Shown here one piece after another: positions 26,201-37,649 of a stretch of 64,000 bases of DNA (its first letter is position 1; each line of letters begins with the position of its first letter). The DNA is from Hormiphora californensis (Eukaryota; Animalia; Ctenophora): NCBI GenBank assembly GCA_020137815.1, contig CM035350.1, positions 9,114,001 to 9,178,000 of the forward strand, written 5' to 3'. The position numbers and the translations under genes were made by a program. Below the pieces are notes generated by a model. The model searched no databases. It was not told where the DNA came from and saw only the letters and a program-made list of their open reading frames with translations.

Positions 26201-27079
26201 TCGATTAGCTTTCCAATGTGACCAAGATCATCTAAATTGGGCAACCACAAGAGACACAGTGTCATGTTTCTTAAAGTTAGTCAGGTCATGTGATCTTCAC
26301 CGAATCGTTGATTATCCGGGATTGCTAATCGTGCCAATGGGCAGAGGAATCTCGTATCACGGCCGCTAATGAGGTATGTGTACCAATACAGGGTAATGTG
26401 ATTCGAGGAAAGAGGACATTTATCAAAGAGCTACAGATCTCATGACCAATCAGCATCGTCATCCCTCATTAGTAGCCGTGATACGTGATTCTCTACCACT
26501 TAGACCGATTCGTAATACTGAACACTCAACGATTCGGTGAAGATCACATGACCTGATTAAATTTAAGAAAGATGACACTGTGTCTCTTGTGGTTGCCCAA
26601 TTTAGATGATCTTGGTCACATTGGAAAGCTAATCGATGGCCAAAGATAATTGCTTGAATTCTGGACCGAAAATATTTTTTCCTTGGAATGAATGACAATG
26701 TTCATTCCTATCAAAAAAATGAATTTTGAGCTAGAGCTCTGATTTTTCTGTCAGGATCAAGATAGACATAGTGGAGCAACCCTGCCAAGTTACAGCTCTC
26801 CACCACATCGGCAACTATGGTGGTCTAGGGGGGGGGGGGCTTTTTTTTGCCGCACACGGTATATCATATCACGTGACCAAAAAAATTTGGCCCCACCACT
26901 TTCAAAACTTCCCCTACATGCCTGTAAATATGAAATACACCCCTAACAACCCGCCCTAAAACACATTTCATTTCAGATTCCAACTAAGCGCCAAGAAGTC
27001 AAGTCTGATGAAACCAAAGATCCGACCTCGCCGCTCAAAGGACGCCTCCCAGTTCTTCCCCGTTCCATTAGGACGGTAG
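16306..27079 (+). CDS. EVC2: EVC2/limbin-like type I membrane protein (signal peptide, ~750-aa ectodomain, TM, coiled-coil tail), ~12 exons, ~1700 aa
   Basis: Exons 16306-16320 (MLSLQ), 16425-16586 (ALVLLLGLVFGCHG), 16755-20500, then approximately 20762-20854, 21193-21397, 21551-21706, 22191-22271, 22435-22554, 23027-23130, 24133-24309, 24800-24931, 26977-27079 (last exon tentative). TM LILAATACFFIGVLCAMLVMLV. Post-TM LADDLVQALTERDYKSSLVYLDKLDIAHTVEVEEELARQQRQVIMESV matches the EVC2 block as recalled (LNDQMIDILSSEDPGSMLQALEELEIATLNRADADLEACRTQISKDII). Confidence 0.8.
23652..23809. mobile_element. Tc1/mariner-like MITE (family A)
   Basis: TA-flanked; TIR CAGTCGGACCCCGATTTAGTGGC; related copies at 27560, 44687 and 53754. 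Confidence 0.85.
25200..26859. mobile_element. TA-flanked foldback element (Tc1/mariner-type ends) with ~390-bp inverted arms
   Basis: TA|CCGTGTGCGGCAAAAAAAAGCCCC ... GGGGCTTTTTTTTGCCGCACACGG|TA; arms give mirrored ORFs 26139+ and 26459-. Confidence 0.85.
25230..26007. mobile_element. Solo LTR (778 bp)
   Basis: TGTT...AACA termini; 4-bp TSD CCTA at 25226-25229 and 26008-26011; removing it restores the left arm of the foldback element. Confidence 0.8.
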
Positions 27080-27537
27080 CTCAAGAAGCAATGGTACAGC
27101 GTCTGAGTAGCAGGGGATCGACCCCTAGGGCACCCTAGCACCCCTGGACAGCAAATTTAGAGAAACTGTGTCCGAATGATAATAATGTGTATAATTTATA
27201 ATTGCCTTCTGTAAGAGCTTTGTTTGAAGTGTAAAATTAATTACAAAAACCCAAAATAATCGATCATCCATTTCACTGTCCGGCTCCTCGCACAATGACG
27301 TAGGGCGCCTTGTCAGCACACCACCAAAACCACACTGCACCTCTCGCGCGCTCTCTCTCTCTATCACGCACCATCAGTATCACGTGACCAAACTAGGGGG
27401 GAGGTGCGTGTGTGTGTGTGCTTGGTATTTGCAGTCCCCCCGATCACTTCCATTAGTTCTTATCTCTGTTTCGCGTTCTCTCTCGTTCGTTGTGTTGCAG
27501 CTGTTCTGTGTTAAGTGTTGAGTTAATTTATTGAATC

Positions 27538-30208
27538 ATGCACTACGAAGATGTAAGTACAGTCGGACCCCGATTTAGTGGCACCCCGATTTAGTGGCAC
27601 CCCGATTTAGTGGCAGGATTTTTTCCACGATATAGGAAATTAACATTATTTGAACCCGATTTAGTGACACCCCGATTTAGGGGCAGGATTATTTTCCCCC
27701 GAGGATGCCACTAAATCGGGGTCCGACTGTAATAACTAAATTATTTGATCATCCTGTAGCAGGGGCGGCTCGCGACCGGAGGTCGCGAGTCGTCCAGGGT
27801 GTCCGGGGCCAGGGGCGGCAGCCTCGGTCAGGGGGTATGGGGGGTGAAACCCCCCATCGCAGGGTCCAGGGGCGCAGCCCCCGCAAGCAGGGTCCAGGGG
27901 CTGCAAGCCCCGGTGGGGGTCAAGGGGCGAAGCCCCCTGGAAAATTTGGGCAATTTTGTCAATCTGAGACAGTTTTAGACCCTAAAACGCAATTATCAAA
28001 CTGTTCCATCAAGCTGATCGAGTATTCTCTGTGTTAAATATGTGAAGAATTGATAAATAAGAAAGCAGGAAAAAACCGCATCGAAAAATATTAAGTTTTG
28101 GCGAAGTTATGTTCTGTAGTCTGTACACATAAATAGTGAGTCAATCACTTCTTTTTGTGAGCGATTCGGGACAAGAGACGAATCGCTAGTAAAACTGAGA
28201 AATTGCTCCTCTCAATTAATTGGATAATCCACCACTAACATATTAGTGCGATGACACCCACAACACCCCCTCCACATGACACCCGCCTCCACAGTATCTC
28301 ACTGCACCGATCTGACCACACGGCGTCGTTATGAGCTCGAATAAAAACCCAAAACGGCGCCGCCAGACAGAAACCATTCATCCACCCACCCCAACATCAC
28401 CCCTCTCTCTCTCACCCACAACAACATCACCCCTCTCTCTCTCACCCACAACAACATCACCCCTCTCTCACCCACAACAACATCACCCCTCTCTCTCTCT
28501 CTCACCCACAACAACATCACCTCTCTCTCACCCACAACAACATCACCCCTCTCTCCCACCCACAACAACATCACCCCTCTCTCTCACCCACAACAACATC
28601 ACCCCTCTCTCCCACCCATAACAACATCACCCCTCTCTCTCACCCACCCCAATATCACCCCTCTCTCTCACCCACAACAACATCACCCCTCTCTCCCACC
28701 CCTCTCTCTCTCCCACAACAACATCACCCCTCTCTCTCACCCACAACAACATCACCACTCTCTCTCTCACCCACAACAACATCACCCCTCTCTCTCACAC
28801 ACAACAACATCACCCCTCTCTCTCTCCCAGGTATCTGGTGGTCAGGCGGTGCCGGCTGTAGCTCCTGTGATACAGGGTGGAGTACAGGGTGTTCAGGGTG
28901 TCCCTACAGCAGCAGGACCCAATTCACCTGGCGGTGGGGCGGCCGCTAAAGACGACAAAACAGCAGCTATACTTTATATGGAGAGAATATTTATTGGCAA
29001 CCTAGATTCTAACGTGAGTAGAATTCTGAATTAGAAACTAGAAATTAACAAATTTAAACGAGTAGTCTTGACCACCAGCACCCCCTAACAAACTAATAAA
29101 TTAAGTAGCTTATCAATAGTTAGTGAATTGAGTTGAAGAGTAGCTAAAGTTTATAAAAATATGGGCCGGTGCCCTACAAGAGATTGACACATTCCTTTCG
29201 TATCTCAGTTCATAAGGTGATAGTCTGCGATTCAATTCATTGCCACATGATCTGCTATAGAATGCTAGACCGATAGGGGGCGGTCAGTTAGACGGACTAT
29301 AATTCAACTATATCTCATTGCTATTCGTCTTCTCTGGAATTTACTGTCAAGGCATTCTCTTTTCTCTTGTGTTTAGTCCTGAATAGTTTTAATATATTAT
29401 AGGACAGCCTAATATTCCATAGTGCCATGATAACAGAAGATCTGGAATCTCCATGGCCTCTTGACCCATTCCAGGTTCTTAGTCCAACCCATACAAGCAT
29501 TGTTAGTTTTGTTGGGGGCACGGGGAAACGGGGTCAAGCAAGGCAACGTATTCCAAAACTCACTTCCCACCCAACGCCCCTCCTACTCCCCAAGTGACCC
29601 ATGTTCCCTGTTTCAGAGGCTTGCTATATCTCCCCCTACTCCCTGCCCCTACTCACCCCTGCCCCTACCCCCTGTTTCAGACCACATCAGAGCAGCTGAC
29701 ACCGCTGTTTCAACAGTTTGGCCCTTGTGAGGTGAAGGTGATTCGGGACAAGAATAGTGGCATCAGTAAAGGGTAGGTGAACATTTAGACTGCAGTAGGA
29801 CCCAGTTTGTTATGTTTGTTTTGTTTTAATCCGTGGAGCAGTGAGAGAGTGGTTAACCGGGGGGGGGGGGGGGGGGTACTGTTAAAGGTCCGGTAGCATC
29901 CTGTCTGGCGCCGCGACCCATCTGAGCGCACTGAGAATCAAATGGGGTATATGGCGCCGCCATACAGGTAGCATCTGATTAACGGGGTTGAAACTTTCAA
30001 TGGAAGTGGCCGGGTGTTTGAATTTGGATTTTGGCTGTTAAATCGGCTAACTGGCTGTGAATTATTCCCCTATTTCAAGACTCGCGGCATTCTGGCAAGT
30101 TTAGCCCCGCACCTCACTTTTCAGAACCCTGTCAAGGGAGATTTCACTTCCAAAATTTCACTGCCCCCTCCTCACCAAGTTGAGTTGGCTGTAAATCGTG
30201 CAATCATA

Positions 30209-30284
<76 letters not shown>

Positions 30285-31701
30285 CCTCATTCTCCTTTTT
30301 ATTTTTCGCACCCATGACTCATGCCCAATTAGGCCCCCTTAGGAAGTTCACGTGATTCCTCACCAAGTCACATGACTCTTTGTTACTCTAAATATATCCC
30401 CCTTTGTTGACTGCTGCAGTACAATCGCGGACAAACAAACACTTTTCTAGCTCCTTTATGACTCTCTGTGTGATCGCTGCATATATTTATAAATGCTCTA
30501 CAACTCTCTCTTTCTCCCCGGACTCTCCCTAGCCATTATAATATATATTTACAACACCCCCTACCTTTTCTAACTTCAGCCCCCAAGCATTTTCTAATAG
30601 TGCATCAGCATGAATAGATGCCGGCACGCACCACTTAGAGCTACGATTGATGCAACATGTAAATTAGAGAGCTGGGGTCGGGGGAGCCGGGAGCTGTAGA
30701 CTTACTCCATTAAAACTGGACTGTTGAGTGTTATAGGAGTCTTGAAATAGCATGAAGTTTCAATAACAGCTCATGAATATAACACATGTGTGTTCCTTCT
30801 CCAGGTACGGGTTTGTGACATTTAACGATGCAAAGATTGTGGAGGGTCTCGTGAAACAGGTACCCAGTTACAACCACACATCCCTCTCCACTCTCCCCTT
30901 TTTGTGTGGCTCACATCGTATTATTTCTCTGTGAGCCTCACTGCAGTGTGAGGGTTCGGTAGATCACTCCTACTTATTATCCCCAGCGCCTTATTTGGCA
31001 TTTCAAACAACTTTTACACAACTAATCGAGCTGTTATTGTTATTATTTTGGGGTTTAAACTATTTAATAACAAAACAACCCACCTGATTGGCCAAATACC
31101 CCCGTCTTTTATTAACAGTCGGATAATACAACTCTGTTCACCCCCGAATTATATCCCATGCAGCGCACGATAAAGTTCCAGAGCAGGACCCTGAACATTG
31201 GACTGGCGATAAGGAGGATCAAGCAGCCCCAGGAACAACAGAGTCCCCAACAGTTCCCCCAGCAGTTTCCCTTCAACCCATTCAACAACGTGAGTTAACT
31301 CTTGGCGCAGTGCTCGACCCTATTTCCCCTAGATGTACAAAAGTTTAAAAAAAAAGTTAATTGCTCTTGGTGCTGCAGTGTACCCTTGTATTGTTCATAC
31401 AACAACAACAGCACAAGTGTACCCTAGTTTTGGGAGGTATTTCACTGTCAAAATGACGTGCCTCTTCCCCAGTTTTCTGTTTCTGACATTAAAAACCCCA
31501 CCCCTCCTTTCTCTCTGAAATGACTCACCCCTCCTCTCTCTCTGGCAGGTATTTGTCCCACCGATGCAGTACCTTCCTGGATCCCTCCAAATGACACATG
31601 CCAACCCTGCTGCTGCTGCTGCTGCCGGATCTCATATCATCTCGGGGAGCTCTCTACTCCAACCAGGACCCACTGCCTGGCCCTACATTCAACCATTTTA
31701 A
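27538..31701 (+). CDS. BOLL: Boule/DAZ-family RRM RNA-binding protein
   Basis: Six exons: 27538-27552, 28831-29013, 29681-29772, 30805-30859, 31164-31289, 31549-31701. RRM: ERIFIGNLD...FQQFGPCEVKVIRDKNSGISKGYGFVTF...RTLNIGLAIRR, versus Boule RIFVGG...GVSKGYGFVTF...KLNIGPAIRK. Q/P/Y-rich tail ending WPYIQPF; AT-rich downstream region consistent with a long 3' UTR. Confidence 0.78.
27560..27729. mobile_element. Tc1/mariner-like MITE (family A)
   Basis: TA-flanked with the same TIR; inserted at the TA immediately after the GTAAG donor of boule intron 1. Confidence 0.85.
27749..28189 (+). mobile_element. Helitron-like non-autonomous element
   Basis: A|TC start, GC-rich core, terminal hairpin agcgattcg-N10-cgaatcgct running into CTAG|T. 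Confidence 0.45.
28385..28826. repeat. ~28-32 bp minisatellite (cacccacaacaacatcacccctctctct)n
   Basis: Direct tandem copies ending at the boule exon 2 acceptor. Confidence 0.9.
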
Positions 31702-32769
31702 ACACCTGTAATAGACACTGCTTGTTTTAAATAAACTCTCACAAAAACGTTAAATAAACAATTGATTTTATTGAAAGATGTTATTTTAAAGCTTGTTTTC
31801 ATTGGCTAAAAAGTTTTCTTTGCCAAATGCTGATTTTACGAAAATGAGAAGCGAGTTGGTTAAAACTGTACGGTACTGTTATTGCAAACCGATTAACTAA
31901 TTATTTATATCCTTATTGGATAATTACACCGTTTAATTAAGCCAGTTATTTTACTAATTATTTGTTAACAGCATGTTTAATTAACTTTAACACAAATACA
32001 GTATTCAACAAGTTTATTTTTTCAAAACGATGCTGCTCAAACTGCGAATATTGTTGAATCTTGTATTCTATTAAAGTTAGTTTCAATTGATAGTGGATAC
32101 ATTATCTTTTTTTTTCTGAGCTTTTTGGTAGAGAGCGAGTCGTCATCTAGATTTAAATAAGCTATTTAAACAATTAATTATTTACGGCCAAGTTTTAATT
32201 TAGTTTTCTCTTTGTCACCACGTACCCAAGACTGTATTAAGTTAGTTACGTTGATTTGTAGAAGGTTCAGATTCACGTTGGAGGGTAATTTTAACTGTGT
32301 TCACGTTAGATCAATTATTATGTTAGAAAACTCATTTTATTATTGTCGGTTAACAGATCATTTTATTTCTTTCCTCTTTTTGAGATTGGTGTTTCCTTTC
32401 CTAAATCAGGCAATATAAACACACAGTTTAACCTTTATTTTGGGTTTCTCTGATGTACCATGGTTCAGGTTGGTTTGTGGTGGCCGGTGGGCCAGACCTA
32501 GTCCGGCCATTGGTTACGAAGTCACCCCTTTTATTGCATACACAATATGAGTTATTATAAGTTATAACAGAGGGGTAATTTCATTACCAAGTCCGGCCAG
32601 GTGGTGGGGAAACTACCGGAATTTGAAAGAACGACAGCAGTCAGCAAATAGTTGTATTCTCAAAAGAGATATGCCCATTGTCCATTGCACATCATGTTGT
32701 CCCTCGTCGAGATACATTCGAAATCCATCCTGCTTTTGTGACTGAATTGTCCTCTTTATCAAAATGTGT

Positions 32770-34115
32770 CCCTGTCAGCCAACTTTGTCCCTGTCTACCA
32801 ACTTTGTCCCTGTCTACCAACTTTGTCCCTGTCTACCAACTTTGTCTCTGTCTACCAACTTTGTCCCTGTCTACCAACATTGTCCCTGTCTACCAACTTT
32901 GTCCCTGTTTACCAACTTTGTCCCTGTTTACCAACTTTGTCCCTGTCTACCAACTTTGTCCCTGTCTACCAACTTTGTCCCTGTCTACCAACTTTGTCCC
33001 TGTCTACCAACTTTGTCCCTGTCTACCAACTTTGTCCCTGTCTACCAACTTTGTCCCTGTCTACCAACTTTGTCTCTGTCTACCAACTTTGTCCCTGTCC
33101 ACCAACTTTGTCCCTGTTTACCAACTTTGTCCCTGTCTACCAACTTTGTCCCTGTCTACCAACTTTGTCTCTGTCTACCAACTTTGTCCCTGTCTACCAA
33201 CTTTGTCCCTGTCTACCAACTTTGTCCCTGTCTACCAACTTTGTCCCTGTCTACCTTAACTTTGTCCCTGTCTACCAACTTTGTCCCTGTCTACCTTAAC
33301 TTTGTCCCTGTCTACCAACTTTGTCCCTGTTTACCAACTTTGTCCCTGTCTACCAACTTTGTCCCTGTCTACCAACTTTATCCCTGTCTACCAACTTTGT
33401 CCCTGTCTACCAACTTTGTCCCTGTCTACAAAACTTTGTCCCTGTCTACCAACTTTGTCCCTGTCTACCAACTTTGTCCCTGTCTACCAACTTTGTCTCT
33501 GTCTACCAACTTTGTCCCTGTCTACCAACTTTGTCCCTGTCTACCAACTTTGTCCCCTGTCTACCAACTTTGTCCCTGTCTACCAACTTTGTCACTGTTT
33601 ACCAACTTTGTCCCTGTCTACCAACTTTGTCCCTGTCTACCAACTTTGTCCCTGTCTACCAACTTTGTCCCTGTCTACCTTAACTTTGTCCCTGTCTACC
33701 AACTTTGTCCCTGTCTACTAACTTTGTCCCTGTCTACCAACTTTGTCCCTGTCTATCAACTTTGTCCCTGTCTACCAACTTTGTCCCTGTCTACCAACTT
33801 TGTCCCTGTCTACCAACTTTGTCCCTGTCTACCAACTTTGTCCCTGTCTACCAACTTTGTCCCTGTCTACCAACTTTGTCCCTGTCTACCAACTTTGTCT
33901 CTGTCTACCAACTTTGTCCCTGTCTACCAACTTTGTCCCTGTCTACCAACTTTGTCCCTGTCTACCAACTTTGTCCCTGTCTACCAACTTTGTCCCTGTC
34001 TACCAACTTTGTCCCTGTCTACCAACTTTGTCCCTGTCTACCAACTTTGTCCCTGTCTACCAACTTTGTCCCTGTCTACCAACTTTGTCCCTGTCTACCA
34101 ACTTTGTCTCTGTCC
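32770..34115. repeat. 19-bp satellite (CCAACTTTGTCCCTGTCTA)n, ~70 copies
   Basis: Highly homogeneous tandem array; gives spurious ORFs in all three + frames. Confidence 0.97.
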
Positions 34116-35045
34116 CTGCATGTTATAGTTGTACCAACTCTGTACACATTTACACTTGTCCCTGTAATTGTGCCAACTTTTTCCCTGCACTTTGTTTGTG
34201 AATTGCTCCGATGAACCTACAAATCAGCTCCTCCACTCAATTCCTAACCAAGTTAAGAGACACGTACTAATGTGTGCATGTGATCAAAATGCTTGTTAAG
34301 TACAGTATCACACGATCACAGCGTCCTGGGAATCTCACATTGCACATGGCATTTCCTTATTTCTACCCCTTGGAATCAGGGTGAGAAAGTGTCCCAATCT
34401 CAACAATATTAATCATCAGTTATTTGTTATTGCTTCCCTATTGCAGCTAATTTACTGCAGCTATGAACCTGTTGAGTTCCATGATAGACAATATTAAACA
34501 ATAAATTTAGTATGCTCCTTAGTGCAGTTTAAACTTTTTGGCAGGCCCTCCTCACAAGAGATCACTGCTGTGAAAAGAGGGAGAGAGAGAGAGGGAGGAG
34601 ATTGAGAGAGAGAGAATGAGGGAAGAGAGAGAGAGAGAGAGGGGGAGGGGAGGGAAAGAGAGGAGTAGAGAGAGAGAGAGTGAGAGAGAGAGGAGTATAG
34701 AGAGAGAAAGTTCAGAACTCGATAGAATAGAAAACCGATAGATCGGCAGAGGGCACTATAATTGTGTAAAAGGGGATGATGATTTATCTTGCGTGCTTGT
34801 TAAAGCATCAAGTAGTAGTAGAGTCACCACAGGCAAGCCCTTTGTTACAGGTGAGAGAGGAGAGAGAGGAGAGAAGGGAAGAAGAGATCGAAGAGATCGA
34901 GATAGAGGACGAGAGAGGGAGAGAAGAGAGGCTGCTTACGTAGCGGATGGATCTCTTCGTTATCTCTCTCTCTCTCTCTCTCTCTTCTCCTTCTCTCTCT
35001 CTCTCTTCTCTCTCTCATCTTCTCTCTCCTCTCTCTCTCTCTCTC

Positions 35046-35095
<50 letters not shown>

Positions 35096-35489
35096 GTGTC
35101 TGTTAAACAATCTAGCTCACCACCAGAACTGTGAGATATTTCTCAAGAGGGCTGCTCTCAAGCCAGAGAGAGAAAGAGAAGATCAGAGAGAATGAAACAG
35201 AGAGAAAAAAGAGAGAGAGAGAGGGAGGGGGAGTTGAGACGCATTTAGCTTGTATCTTCTTAGCGTTTGTTATGCTTTCTAGTTGTGAGGCTGGCGGGGT
35301 ATTCTTCAATTAGGAACATTATATAGCGACACAAACATGTCGGGAACAGGCACTCCAGGTAATAGTGTAATACTAATTCACAAAATGTGGAGGTAATTAT
35401 TTAAATACCATTTGTAGGCACTTGTTTAGTTAGTAGACTAGGGAGTTTACAACTTGTTCAGACTCTCTCAAGACCTTTTGACAATCCAC

Positions 35490-35920
35490 GACAAAGTGTA
35501 CAATTGACAAAGTGTACAATTGTACAGTTGACAAAGTGTACAATTGTACAGTTAACAAAGTGTACAATTGTACAGTTAACAAAGTGTACAATTGTACCCA
35601 TCTGAGCGCACTTTGAGAATCAAATGGGGTATGGCGCCGCCATACAGACAAAGTGTACAATTGTACAGTTGACAAAGTATACAATTGTACAGTTGACAAA
35701 GTGTACAATTGTACAGTTGACAAAGTGTACAATTGTACAATTGACAAAGTGTACAATTGTACAATTGACAAAGTGTACAGTTATACAGTTAACAAAGTGT
35801 ACAGTTAACAAAGTGTACAGTTGTACAGTTAACAAAGTGTACAATTGTACAGTTGACAAAGTGTACAATTGTACAGTTGACAAAGTGTACAATTGTACAC
35901 TTTGTCAATGTTGTACAGTT
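35490..35920. repeat. 24-bp minisatellite (GTACAATTGTACAGTTGACAAAGT)n with a ~50-bp dispersed insert
   Basis: Tandem copies; the insert acccatctgagcgcact...ggcgccgccatacag also occurs near 29916-29968. Confidence 0.9.
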
Positions 35921-36104
35921 GACATAGGGGCACAATTGTGATATGATTTGTGTGGCAAAGATCTAACATGATTTCATTTCCCACTCCCAGCTTTAGTTTT
36001 GAGTAACAGCCTGGAAGATAGCAAGGGGTGGAGCTATTGTAGCGATTCAGAAACTGACTCCGTATCTACGTACTCCATTGCCAGCCTCACCTTCAAAGTA
36101 TAGA

Positions 36105-36224
<120 letters not shown>

Positions 36225-37649
36225 CTGATCTCTTTTTCATTTTCAGAGAGATTCCAGGGGTATATTTTTGCCGGATATAGAGACGGACAAAAGCAAGAAA
36301 GATGGTGAGAAAGGTTTGAAGGGAATGGAAAAACCTCTCGTTCTTCCTGATATATCCAGATGTGTTGTCATGACGACAACACGACGCCGAGCAAAAAAGG
36401 AAAAGGGCCGATTTTTTCCCGAGATTTCGATGGAAAGACTGAAAAAAGAAAGGGAAGATAACTCCCCCTCTCAGTCTCACGGCTCCAAAAAATCGCCGGA
36501 TAAAGCGTCCCAGAAAAGAAACTCCTCCAGAGACTCGTCCCCTTCTAAACAGTCGGGAAATCAGAAAAAGGACAGACTGTTTTTGCCGAGTATTTAGCAC
36601 CAATTTTAGCACCAATTTTAGATTCATATACACGTGTTTTGTACCGTACGTACATGACAAGACGGTATCTGGTGATTTTTATAGAATATAATTTCAAAAA
36701 AACTGCCACATTTTTAAAAAAACTAGCAAACACTGAAGTGATTCCTTGTCCCTAAAACAGCATGGGTGCATGTAATGGATCTGTCATCTGATATGTTCCT
36801 GCACAGACTAGCAATATTTAATTTCAAGCGCTTACCAGCGTTGAGATCTCAGACGAGTGGGTGCCAAGATAGAAATCTATCAGTATTACCTGACCTGACC
36901 TATCAGGCACATCTAGCTAACCCGCACGAGAAAAGTGATCAGGTATGGAGACTGGAGAGCCCTGACAGATCAACTGTCAGCGTGTATATCTGACCCAGTT
37001 ATAAGGTACCCCGTATCAGGTCAGGCCTGACCCAGTCTCCTGCCCCACACATAGGGAAGGTCCGAAGGTGTGGAGCCTCCTTTGTGCTGTTGCATAATAG
37101 TATGAACAATACAAAGCCTCCTTTGACCATTCCTAGAAACCTGCCAACCAATCAACGCTATGTGTCCAATTTATCAGAAGCTGGATATATTGGGCACATT
37201 TAAAATCTTAAAACGGCTGATTTTGTTTGTTTAGGAAAATAAACAATCAACAGGAATAAAAAGATACAGCTCGCTCCAGATATATTACATTTTCTGACTT
37301 GTTAATCATGCAAGGGGTGCTCTCCCAAAAAAACTGAGTTGTTTAAATATATAATTTAACAGGTTTTAACAAAAATGATCATAGTCACAGAATGGACCAA
37401 CGGATATAATAATCATGATAATAACAGTTTGTTTTATTCATCAATAATTAGAGAGGCTGACAAAGGATAACACGGTCTCATTACTGTATTTCTATGACGG
37501 TAATACGACTACAAGCAGCACTGTAAGGTACAGGACGCTTTCAAACACATTAGAAAATGTGTACTCGGGATTTCTCATTATATAGCCAAACAACTCAACA
37601 ACAGCTCGAAAGTCCATCATATTCATCTTCCCTCCTCCCTGTTCGTGAG

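Larger units (their letters stand above)
25024..26924. mobile_element. hAT-like MITE hosting nested insertions
   Basis: TIR CA(C/G)GCATGTAGGGGAAG ... CTTCCCCTACATGCCTG; perfect 8-bp TSD TAAATATG at 25016-25023 and 26925-26932. Confidence 0.85.

Noticed and set aside
32678-34214. Long Cys-rich ORFs up to 454 aa
   Set aside because: Translations of the 19-bp satellite; same peptide in every frame, no signal or splice context.
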